A model generated the notes under the pieces. The model searched no databases, had not been told where the DNA came from, and saw nothing but the letters and a program-made list of their open reading frames with translations. A stretch of 40,395 bases of DNA from Octopus bimaculoides (taxonomy: Eukaryota): positions 39,551,785 through 39,592,179 of the forward strand of contig NC_068995.1 in the NCBI RefSeq assembly GCF_001194135.2, written 5' to 3'. Position numbers and translations under genes: made by a program. Shown piece by piece: positions 12,569 through 23,507 of the stretch (position 1 is the stretch's first letter; each line of letters opens with the position of its first letter).

Positions 12569-12838
12569 GCGTGTAGGTTAGTAGCTAGGATATTCCTCTC
12601 ACGGTCAGCAGGTTGCGATTTCAATTCCTAGTGGCGCCTTGTCATTGAGCAAGACACTTTATTCCGCGTTGCTCCTGTATGCTCAGCTGGCAAAAATGAG
12701 TTGTTCGTGTAATTCAAGGGGCCAGCCTTATCACATTCGCTGTGTCACGCTGAATCTCACTGAGAAATACGTTAAGAGTACGCGTTTCTGTGAAGAGTTC
12801 AGCCACTTGCACGTTAATTTCACAAGCATTTCTTCCGA
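12569..12838 (+). mobile_element. Degraded tRNA/CORE SINE whose 3' tail is shared with family 2
   Basis: tRNA-like head (ggttgcgatttcaattcc) and CORE-like cattgagcaagacactttattcc, followed by gtaattcaaggggccagcc...gtcacgctgaatctc...cagccacttgcacgttaatttcac as in the 6207 and 35520 copies. Confidence 0.75.
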
Positions 12839-12861
12839 TTCATTATGTTCTTGGTAATCCT

Positions 12862-12975
12862 GCCGAGGTATATTTTGTCTTTATTCTTTTTTGGGTTGAT
12901 AAAATATGTACCAGTTAAACTCTGGAGTCGATGTAACTGACTATCTCCACCAACCGAAAGTTCAGGCCTTGTGGA
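12862..12975 (+). mobile_element. Nin/Deu-domain SINE 3' fragment
   Basis: gccgaggt...gggttgataaaatatgtaccagttaaactctggagtcgatgtaactgact...ggccttgtg. Confidence 0.65.
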
Positions 12976-13720
12976 ATTTAATCAATTTACTACCCGGGTG
13001 GAGTGCAGAGGGTATTTCTTTGATGGAATGGCGGCAAAAGGCCTTTTTTGTTTTGTTTTGACGAAGTTGATTGATTGATTAACCAAACAATCGATTAGTT
13101 TATTAGTTAATTAGTTAACCAATTGTTATATGAATAATAATGACCATCACGTGTAGTTATTATTTGGTTAATGACCCTCCCTACATGCAAAGAAAATAAA
13201 ACACTACGCTTCAGTGTGCAAGGGAAAGAAATATAATAATCTGTGATATCGGTTGTGCTTCTTCTCGAAAATACCACTGGCATATTCTGCCTAACCACTG
13301 ACATGTCTAGTGACACGGCACGTTGAGACATGTTGATAATACGATTCACTGACTCCGTTCGTAGAAACAGTTTATTGATATGGATTTATGATATGATTCA
13401 CTGACAAAGTTTGATGACGTGTAACACTAGCTCGCAGATACAGTTCACTGGCAGCTTCATGACACAGCTCACTGATTCGTTGCTTATAGACACAGCCTTT
13501 GTAAAACAAGTTCCTGAAATTGTCTTGCACCTAAAAATTTAACATCATTTTTTTCAGTTTTGACAAACTTAGAATTATTGCCTACAATTTTCTGGAGGAT
13601 CATTTTACAATTTCTACACTTAACATGCAATTGGTAAGATCAAGTGTATTAATGTCCGTAATTTTCTTTTAGTAACATTTGTAACATAAACACGTAGATT
13701 TATTGCAAGCGAAGGAAAAC

Positions 13721-14307
13721 GGTGAGTTGGCAGAACTGTTAGCATGCAAGACAATCCGGCTAGCGACATTTCGTCCGTCTTTAGGTTCTGAGGTCGACTT
13801 TGACTTTCATCATTTCGGGGTCGATAAAGTACATACCAGTTGAACACTGGGGTAGATGAAATCGACTTCGACCACACCACGAAATTCCTGACAATGTGCC
13901 AAACTTTAAAATCATTATTACAAGCGAAGACGGGCGGCGAGTTTACAGAATTATAAACTCATCGCACAAAATACTTAGCGTCATTCCTTCCGGATCTTTA
14001 CATTCTAAGATCAAACATACAGCCGAGGTCAACTTTGCTTTTTATACTTAATAAGAAACTGTTCAGCATTGAAGTCGATGTAATCCGATTCCTCCATCCC
14101 TAAACATTGCTGGCATTGTGCTGAAATTGCGAAGAATTATTGCAAGTGGACTTGTTCTTCGCACTGACAGAATCGTTTGGGCGTCGGACAAAATACTTTG
14201 CAGAGGTCGATAAAATAAAATACCTATCGAGTAGTGGAGTCGGTGGTATCGACTAAACCCTACTATTCACAACTTTTGCCCTTGTGCCTAAATTAGAAAT
14301 CATTATT
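13721..14307 (+). mobile_element. Head-to-tail array of three degraded Nin/Deu-domain SINE units (~190-215 bp each)
   Basis: Three recurrences of gagt(t)ggcagaa..., ggtcgataaa...tacc..., gtcgatg.aatcgact and ttgtgcc.aa.tt..aaatcattatt, starting at ~13721, ~13932 and ~14146. The GGTCGATAAAATRAGTACCAG-like block is the Deu/Nin core. Confidence 0.75.
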
Positions 14308-14382
14308 AGAAATCGTTATTAAAAGCCGGGAACAAAGCCAGGGTGGCGGCAAAACAACACAAGTGCCATTATGGGGTAATCT

Positions 14383-14548
14383 CCTAGAAAGAGCATAAAA
14401 TCTCTCTCAAATCACAATCAAGAATTCATAGAAAGTTACTGCTTTAAACGTATTATCTGAAAATAAACGGTTAAAAAAAAAGAATTGAAATTTTTGATCA
14501 TTAAATATATGTTAGACACAAACTGACCTTGGGCTAAACAAAAACAAC
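14383..14548 (-). repeat. Copy of an unclassified interspersed repeat (other copies ~3485-3720 +, 28901-29096 +, 36361-36570 -)
   Basis: Shared blocks within the window: gttg..ttgtttagcc..ggt(c/a)a and gtgattt..g.gagatttggc.gctattt recur in these copies. Confidence 0.5.
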
Positions 14549-14980
14549 GACCAGAGCAGTAACAAGTTCCTGCGTTGATTTCTCAGGAGCTTACCTTCTC
14601 CTCCACACACACTCAGCAACCTAACTTAGTCTGGCATTGTTATTCCTGATTTAACCACAAAGCTAATATATTATGAGCAGGAAACAAGCTTCGTGTAGCT
14701 TTGAACAAGGTTTGGAGTGAACACAAAGTTGATGAGAGCACGTGATCAGGAACTAAATTACGGCTATTTTGAATCTCTTTAGACTGATTTTCTCAACCAA
14801 TATACATGTCACACAATCTTAGTGTTAGATATTGATATCTTGTAAAGCAACGTATTAAACACATGATATAGCTCTGTCTTATGAAATATTGAATAACATT
14901 ATATTACTCATCGCGCAAGATTACTGTAAAGGCATTTACATATATGGGTGTGTGCAAACACTCAAGTGTGTAAATATATA

Positions 14981-15163
14981 GGCGCAGAAGTGGCTGTGTG
15001 GTAAGTATCTTGCTTACCAACTACATGGTTCCAGGTTCATTCCCACTGCGTGGCACCTTGGGCAAGTGTCTTCTACTATAGCCTCGAGCCGACCAAAGCC
15101 TTGTGAGTGGATTTGGTAGACGGAAACTGAAAGAAGCCTGTCATATATATGTATATATATATA

Positions 15164-15216
<53 letters not shown>

Positions 15217-15429
15217 ATATGTTTGTGTCTGTGTTTGTCCCCCCAACATCGCTTGACAACTGACGCTGGTGTGTTTACGTCCCCGTAACATATCGGTTCG
15301 GCAAAAGAGACCGATAGAATACGTACTAGGCTTCCAAAGAATAAGTCCTGGGGTCGATTTGCTCGACTAAAGGCGGTGCTCCAGCATGGCCGCTTTCAAA
15401 TTACTGAAACAAGTAAAAGAGTAAAAGAG
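14981..15429 (+). mobile_element. Full-length tRNA-derived CORE-type SINE with internal (TA)n/(TG)n tract
   Basis: Head ggcgcagaagtggctgtgtggtaag...ggttccaggttcattccc, CORE-like caccttgggcaagtgtcttct, and tail gaaacaagtaaaagagtaaaagag. It is the reverse complement of 19511-19950. Confidence 0.92.
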
Positions 15430-15437
15430 TATACATA

Positions 15438-16327
15438 CTATGTCTGATCAATAAGCATCAGGACTGTTGCTATAGTACCGAAACTGTAGCATGCAGAATA
15501 AAGCCGCTTGGCAAAGATTGACCGTGATCTTTGTTGTGCATGCACACTAAGTTTTAACGTTCTAGCTCACTTCCGCTGTTTACAGCAGTGCTTGGAAGGA
15601 ACGTGTGTAACATGTGATCGTCGCAATGACCATGACAGAGCAAGTTGTCATGACGAAACCTACTCAGAGGCCTACGCAAAGTTGGGGAAAGTGTATGGAG
15701 AGGAGTGTGTGAGCTGCGCATAAGTGTACGAGTAGTTCAGACGTTTCCAAGATGGCCGAAAAATGTCGATATTGATGATCTTTCTGAGAGACCCGCAGCC
15801 AGCAGAACTGAGAAAAACCTCGCTGATGGGCGTGAGCTGTGAAGGGAAATCGTCGAATGACGATCCGTGAGTTATCAGAGGACGTGCAGATTAGTTACCG
15901 TACAATTTAGTCCATTATCGCTGAAGATGTGAGTATGAGACGCGTATTTGCCAAGTTTTTGCTGACCAAGTTTCAGCTGACCAAAAAGATACTTGGGTCT
16001 CAGTTGCAGAAGATCTCTTTGATTGTGTCAAGAACAATGAAAACTTTTTAAAAAAACTCTGCGTAGGCCACTGAGAAGGTATCGCCAAGATTTTGGCGAA
16101 ATTTGATGCAAATTCACTGTTAAAATGTCTCTCTCATGGTGAATGTGACGATCCCACGCTACACACCTTCCTTCTAATCACTGCTGTAAACAGTGGAAGT
16201 AACCTAAAACATTAAAACTTAGTGCGCATGCACAGCAGTGTTCAAGGTCAGTGCCAAGCAGCTCTGCTGTCCGTTGTATAGCGCCGTTATTGTAGGAACA
16301 GTTCTGATACTTATTGATCAGAACACG
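15438..16327 (+). mobile_element. Non-autonomous mariner element with TA target-site duplication and ~250-270 bp inverted arms; degenerate N-terminal transposase
   Basis: TA at 15436-15437 and 16328-16329. Ends c.atgtctgatcaataag.atcagga.tg / gttctgatacttattgatcagaacacg are inverted. The interior translates as ETYSEAYAKLGKVYGEECVSCA*VYE*FRRFQDGRKNV..DD..RP and NRRMTIRELSEDVQISY.TI*SIIAEDVSMRRVFAKF, the mariner helix-turn-helix region. No DD34D catalytic region is present. Confidence 0.9.
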
Positions 16328-16378
16328 TACATCCACACGCACGCACACTCTCTCCCTCTCTCCCTCTCCCTCTCACAG

Positions 16379-16414
<36 letters not shown>

Positions 16415-17600
16415 CTATGTATGCATATATCTTGTTACAAGATGCCCTGGAGTAGATCTGCATTGGCAGGATTTGTATTACTAAAATCAACAAAAGAAAA
16501 TATGCACTCAACTTGCCATGGGCAGTAGAAAATCCAGCGTTTCGGACAGTTTCATTCTCCAGAGAAACATTGACAAGCGAAAAGTTAGAGATACACCAGA
16601 GATTTACATTCTCTCAGTAAAGAAAAAAATGGTTGCAACCGAAAACAAACCCAGATTCATGGTAACTTCATACGTGGAAACGAAGCAGTAGGGGAGAGAA
16701 ACGGTGAGAGTAGTAGAAAGAAAGAGGGATGGAATGATGAAGAGAAGCGAGCGAAATGAGTGAGATGTGAAGAGGAAAGATGAGATGAGAGTGGGGTTGG
16801 AGGGTGACTTTCAATTAGAGTCAATCTAGGTTTAAACACAAGCAATTAAAAAATAGCACCAAGAGGTAAGCCTTTATTTAAACTTTGAGATTTATCAGAA
16901 ATGCTGGTCACATTCCCTAAAATCGCATATTGCGATTTAAATGGATAAGAGATAGGTGCATTTAGTATTAGTTACGCAAACGTTTGCCGATCACGATTCT
17001 GGGATATTTTGATCTTAGATCTGTTCCATTAAACTTCACTAACAGATTAAACAACAACTGCATTCGTAAATATTTAATCTATTGAACGCAGTATATTACT
17101 GATTGTTTTGTCAACACTTTTGCACGGGGAATCGCATAGCAAGGAAATGGAACGCTATAAACAACTGCTAGAACGGTAGTGTCAGCAGTACTGACAGCAA
17201 CATCAGCGGCACTACCGGCAACATCCGCAAAAACCTATAAATACCTCTTAGCTCCTCTATAGGTGTACAATTGAAATATGTGATTAAACTATAATACAAG
17301 CAACGTTATATGATATCACAATAATAATATTCATTGTTACAATAACACGTAGTGCCATTGTATCTCTTTACACTACACTGTTTCATATGGATTACCCTTC
17401 GAATATGAGCAGAGCCTTTAAATATCTGGACACTGTCACAAATCATATCCCTTTCTATACACATACACAGAGACATACACACATACATAGATACACATTT
17501 GTATGCATGTATGTGAAATACATATTTATATATGTGTAGATGTGTAGAAGAGTATCTCTGAGTTTATCTACTCCCATGTATATACTTGTGTAAAGCAAGA

Positions 17601-17643
17601 ACGCGAGATACATTTCGACCTAGTTGGGTCTTGTCAATGGCGT
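17601..17643 (-). ncRNA. Candidate minimal type I hammerhead ribozyme (U3-A8 variant)
   Basis: Minus strand reads ACGCCA UUGACAA GACC-CAACUA-GGUC GAA AUGUAU C UCGCGU: 5/6 bp stem I, perfect 4 bp stem II closed by G-C, core with U3/A8 in place of C3/G8, and an AUC triplet. Confidence 0.45.
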
Positions 17644-17920
17644 GTACTCACAGCCGGCCCGATGAGGCTAAAATATAGTCATTCTCGCCTCCGCTGCTGG
17701 GACGCCTTTTTGTCTCCCTCCGACATACAATATTTTTTCATACCCAGCACATACATAAGAAATTAAGAAATGTTATTTCCGGATGCATACAGCAGTAAAT
17801 TCGCCTATCGGGGGATGTAGCTGAAGATACTTACATACATACATACATACTACATATACATATACACACAAACATAAATATATATATGTACATATATATA
17901 TATATGTATCTATGTATATA

Positions 17921-17957
<37 letters not shown>

Positions 17958-18638
17958 NNNNNNNNNNNNNNNNNNNNNNNNNNNNNNNNNNNNNNNNNNN
18001 NNNNNNNNNNNNNNNNNNNNNNNNNNNNNNNNNNNNNNNNNNNNNNNNNNNNNNNNNNNNNNNNNNNNNNNNNNNNNNNNNNNNNNNNNNNNNNNNNNNN
18101 NNNNNNNNNNNNNNNNNNNNNNNNNNNNNNNNNNNNNNNNNNNNNNNNNNNNNNNNNNNNNNNNNNNNNNNNNNNNNNNNNNNNNNNNNNNNNNNNNNNN
18201 NNNNNNNNNNNNNNNNNNNNNNNNNNNNNNNNNNNNNNNNNNNNNNNNNNNNNNNNNNNNNATATACATATATATATATATATACATATATACATACATA
18301 CATGCATGCGTATGCACAGATAGAGAGAGAGAAACAAAAGGAAAGAGAGAGAAAGGTAGGTAGATAGATAGATATCTGTGTATGTACGTATATATATATA
18401 TATATATATATACTTAGAAGAAGACATATATCCATACACACACACACATACACATGTGAGGTTCGCCCCCACCCACCCCAGTGTCCAGTGTGGTACACCA
18501 CAGGGCATCAACCTACATATCGGCTTCTGTGCGGAATACAAACCAAAGTCTAAAAATAAGGTTGTACACCACACACACAGATACTCCCCTCCCCCACACA
18601 CACACACATATATATATATATATTGGATGTGTGTATGT

Positions 18639-18669
<31 letters not shown>

Positions 18670-19510
18670 CGCGTGTGTGTGAGTGCGCGTTCGTGCAAGC
18701 TCACGTATACAGATTGAGCATTGAAATATACAAAAGCCTTCAATATCTGTAAAAGCAGCAGCAGCAGTAATGACAAAATATATGCACAATATTTCCATAT
18801 TCATATCAGTTAACGATATTATAGAGGCGGAATATTACTTAAACGAAAGCATAGTAGCGGCGGCAGCAATAGCGTATAGTAAATGTAGTAGTAGCAGTAG
18901 TGGTAGTAGCAGTAGTAACGGTAACAGTAGCAGCAGGGGTTGCAGCGTTACCATTATTAACCACTTGTATTAGCTGCTGCACCAGCAGCAGTACCTGCAG
19001 CTACAATGGCTGGGAACAGCAGCAGACGTAGCAGCAGCAGTTCATACGCTAATTCAAGGTGCCGGGAAGTGGCAATTCCACCATATTGATGTTAGCTGTC
19101 AACGCTTCTGCAGAGACGGGTATAGTTTCTCGATAACAATAGTGGCGGTAGCAACAGTAACTGTAGCAGAATAGTGTATCATTATTAATCATAGGAAACT
19201 GGAGTAGCTTCGATGGCAGTTGCAGGTGCCGCAACAACAGCAGTAGCAGCAGTAGTAGTCACAGTCTTTGTAGTATTCTATCATATATGTGAGCTATCAA
19301 TGCTAATGCCGTCACACTATATGTTATCTTAAAGCATGAATTGCTAATGTTTTTCATTACTTTTTTTAGCGCTGATACGTTTTTGTTTTTGTCTTTTGGT
19401 TTTTTTTTTTTGGTTTTTTTGCAACTACAGTGGTGTATTTCATTTAATAAAGATCTTATTCGGATGCAAGTTGCAAATATAACACGTGCAATGAACTACC
19501 ATATTCATAT

Positions 19511-19950
19511 TCTTTTATTCTTTTATTCGTTTACTTGTTTCGATCATTTGACTGTGGCCATGCTGGAACACCACCTGTTAGTCGAGCAAATCGACCCCAG
19601 GACTAATTCTTTGTAAGCCTGGTACTTATTCTATCGGTTCTATTTTTGCCGAAACGCTAAGTTACGGGGACGTAAACACACCAGCATCGCATGTCAAGCA
19701 ATGTTGGAGGGGTGGGGGGACAAACACAAACACATAAACATATACACACACAAACATATATATATACATATATATATATACATATATACGATGGGATTCT
19801 TTCAGTTTCCGTCTACCGAATCCACTCGCAAGGCTTTGGTCAGCACGAAGCTATAGTAGAAGACACTTGCCCAAGGTGCCACGCAGTGGGACTGAACCCG
19901 GAACCATGTGATTGGTAAGCAAGATACTTACCACACAGCCACACCTGCGC
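19511..19950 (-). mobile_element. Full-length tRNA-derived CORE-type SINE
   Basis: Reverse complement of 14981-15429 over its whole length (agaagacacttgcccaaggtgccacgcagtgggactgaacccggaacc...). Confidence 0.92.
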
Positions 19951-21671
19951 TATTTGTTATTTTTATTTTGCTTTATTCTGTTTTATTTTTTCTTTATATA
20001 GTTACTTATTTTAGATGTAGTAACTATAGCATTAAAATGTATGCCTCATATATTGTAATATTGTCGCCTTCTATCCTTTTCTACTACATTGTATTTATCA
20101 ACTTTTGATCCATTCAGTTGACTAAGTTTTATCCTACGTGAGATTTTTTTTTTTTTTGCAAGAGACCAAAGCGGGCTACACTACATTCTCTAAAATAAAG
20201 AAACAATCGCTCGTCACATATTATCTTCACCCGGCCGTATAGTCTAAGATATGCATGCTATAGTCACCGTTAATTTTATATAAAACCTGATAGTATGTGC
20301 TTTATACATAGATTTTTGATACGATTTTGTCCCAAATGAGATTTACGCTCAGTGTATCTTAAAGGATTTCAAAAATTGAAGAAAGTGTACTAAATTCTAA
20401 AGATATCCATCGAGAAAGAGCTTAAAGGACTGAATATCTCTGTCCAGAAGAAAATGAGATAATGAGATCCAGATAGCAGCAGTTCGAGGAAAACAGTTAA
20501 TAGAAAGAAAAAAATCATGGCTAACAGAAACGTCAACTGACAAACGATGCACCTGGAAAGAAAAAAGGTAACACTTTTAAAGTCTTGATAGAGGGTACTA
20601 GTTCAGAAAGTTCATGAGAGCAATAATCATGGTAATTTGCAGAAGTGGAAATCTGTAGAGATGATACAACGGAGATACCTTTTGAAATAACTACAAAGCT
20701 TCCACATTTTATAACAATTGTTAACAAAAGATTATATCATAACGAAAGTGTTAGCACACCATGAACTGAAAACTTCAAATATATCGCATTCCACCATGTG
20801 AGGTCTTCCATAGTTCGAAGGTAACTACGGAAGTCTGACAATTGTAATGCTAACAAGATCAGTGGAATAGTCTTCATCAACGTACGAAATTACAATATGT
20901 CTAATACAGTAAGAATTTGGCTCATACACAGGTTATTTGTCATGGACCTGAAAAACGACAAGAAAATCATATTCTATAGTCCATTTTTATGTGTCAATCT
21001 AATTAATGATTGGATAATTTTTTTCTTTATTCAGTTGTCTTTAAAAGCGTGGAGCAGGTGTAACAAGGTCGTATACAGAACATCTAGTTCTTTCGTTCAA
21101 ATAGACTTTCTTGCTGAGCTTATTTTATGTACATCTAACGGTGTTACAAACGATTTAACAAGTTTTCTTTTCGCACCATCCTTTTGTTGCCTATGTTAGC
21201 TATAAACCCTACAGCTATATAGAGTCTGTGTGCATACAACATTGGAACAAGATTTCAGATTTTCAAAAGTTTATTCGCCGTTCTTGTTATTGCAGAAATT
21301 TAAAATTATTTAACCGTTTTGCCTTTATTTTCACCGGAATGGTAAATTATAGAAATCTTTTTGTGGGGAGAGAACGTTTAAATTCGGCAAACATCAATAA
21401 TAATCTAGCTATGAACAATCGCCAGTTAGTAGCTAATAATAAACAACTATCAACAAGGACCAAACATCAACAAGTATCACTAATGACCTAACGATTAACA
21501 ATCAATAATGATCTAGCAATAAAGAATTATTAATAATGACCTGCTTATAAGCTCTCAATATATATTAACTAACGTGAAATAAATATCAAGCAGAGAACAG
21601 TCATTAACAATAAGCAATCATTCGTAAGGACCTAGCGAAAAGCAAGCATTAGTAACAAGCTAACTAAAGGG

Positions 21672-21974
21672 GAGGTGTAGCTAATGAGTGTCTACAAGAG
21701 GTGTTTATTGTTGTTGCCGCCGTTTAACATCAGGTATGCTCGATTTTCGAATATCAAACACTCGGTTGGGATGCGCATGATCTTAAACATTTCTACTGTG
21801 ACAATACCGTCACTTTAAGGATATCTGAAACATTTGCCTTCGTTTTCGTTTTCCCAAAACTAAAAATAATCAATAAAATTTAGAACTGCTCTGCTTATCT
21901 CCATTTTTAGGTTGTGTTGCCAATAACAACAACCTCTTCTAGAGAATGAGAGAGTGTCCACCACCCTTTCCCAA
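21672..21974 (-). repeat. ~300 bp unclassified sequence, inverted homologue of 24983-25276
   Basis: Its reverse complement aligns to 24983-25276 at roughly 75-80% by eye. Shared blocks include ttgggaaagggtg, actctctcattctct, aacacaacctaaaaatg, gaaaacgaaggca.atgtttcagatat, gtagaaatgtttaag.tcatgcgcat.ccaaccgag and gagcatacctgat. Confidence 0.85.
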
Positions 21975-23431
21975 ATAATATTCAAATCCCCCGTAGAATT
22001 TCCTCAAAACGTAACTAACGGAAAGACACATTCCTGTACCTTGTAATGTGTCCTTCTCGTAATTAAGTTCTGAAAAGTTCCACAGTAGATCTAGCTTCTA
22101 TTTCCAGCAGGATGAGTGAGACTCTTTCATCTTATTCTTCAAGTTGCTGGTATTTTGATCACAAAATGGTGAAAAGCAAAAGAATCGAAATTCTGTATGC
22201 TAATTTTCTCTGTCGAAATGAAATTATTTGATGCGAAATGTTCAGGTCAAATTCTAGATGCGTGACTTGCTAAACAAGCAGCTTCATAGTTCTAACTAGC
22301 TAGAGCAAGAGATTGGTTATTGGTCCCACAAGATACGGAATGCGCAATCTGCTTCAGTTAGACTTTACAAGCGGATCAATGCCACCCATGTTGTTTGATA
22401 AACGTTTATTTTATGTATGACATTGATCCCTCAGTTGGATGCATCCATTTTGATCATTGCCATATAGATGATTACGATGATCTTTCTCTACATCATGAAT
22501 TAGTGGTCTACACACAGAATGGAATAAGAGATGATATCTGTCTTGTGCAATAATTCTTCAACGTTTCATGCACTACTGGCAAGCGCAAATACGAACCATG
22601 TGAGATTTCGAATTGGAACCATTCGACTTCACTCGTATCGATTGACCTGATTAATGGATAAAAATCTCAACATTTTTCACTCTCACTCCACCAAAATATT
22701 AGAGGAGCATTATGTTAAAAATCCATTTTGAGGAGTGTTATGGCGATTAAAATTATGGCTATAGTTGAACCACTAGGGAGACGCTTTGGAACTTACTAAT
22801 GAATATATTTGTTGTTAAAGCATTTATAGTAGTCTTGCTGTGATGTATGGAATATATATTGCGTGAGATGTGTTACTGAATGAAGTATCTGCTATACACT
22901 ATGCTTATTGCTTATTTTGTGTAAAACCGTAGACACGTGATGAAATTATTTTATCGCTTATACTGGTTTCTATCAAACCCACTGCGATTATTAAAGTTAT
23001 TCATTTTATGCTCATAGTCAATAAATTGTTTATTTCAATGAGCTACTTGTATTTGCACTGCAGTAGTTTTTACGCATGCTCGGTCGAAAGTAGATTCTTT
23101 TCTCTTTTTTATTTGCATTCATATAGATGTAGTTGCTACAGACCAGAGATATATTTATATCGTCTTTAATTATGATGCCTGGACGATTGTATTTGATCAG
23201 ATTTGTCATGCAAATTTCAGAAATTTAGTAGCCAAGCTATTGTCAGAGATTGGATATTAAATATCAGATGTAATAAGTCTACGTATTCCCCGGTGGACAT
23301 GTCTATCTAGCCGGTCGTATATGTGCTTGTATCCTGATTTTTTATATATATATTTGTGAAAGAGGACAACAACCACTAAGGGAAAACAAGCATCTCAAGT
23401 CATATACATTATTATTCTTAAATTAGTTGAG

Positions 23432-23507
23432 GTCTTACAGCTGTTTCTAGGATATCCCAAGTATTAGGCGAGTATGCCCGAATATGGGGTATTCCGTCAT
23501 CAGAGAC
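23432..23507 (-). ncRNA. Penelope-type minimal type I hammerhead ribozyme motif, probably within a Penelope-like terminal-repeat remnant (~23350-23600)
   Basis: Minus strand reads GUCU CUGAUGA [long stem-loop II] GAA ACAGCUGU A AGAC. Both conserved core boxes are intact, stem I is GUCU/AGAC, stem III is the palindrome ACAGCUGU and the triplet is GUA. The base of stem II is mismatched (C.A). Confidence 0.7.

Noticed and set aside
13721-14307. CRISPR-like regularly spaced repeats
   Set aside because: The units are ~200 bp diverged SINE copies in animal DNA, with no repeat-spacer structure and no cas genes.
22370-22400. piggyBac-like NMGGID motif on the minus strand
   Set aside because: A five-residue match only; flanking frames do not give the expected D-Q..Y.R..KKW context.
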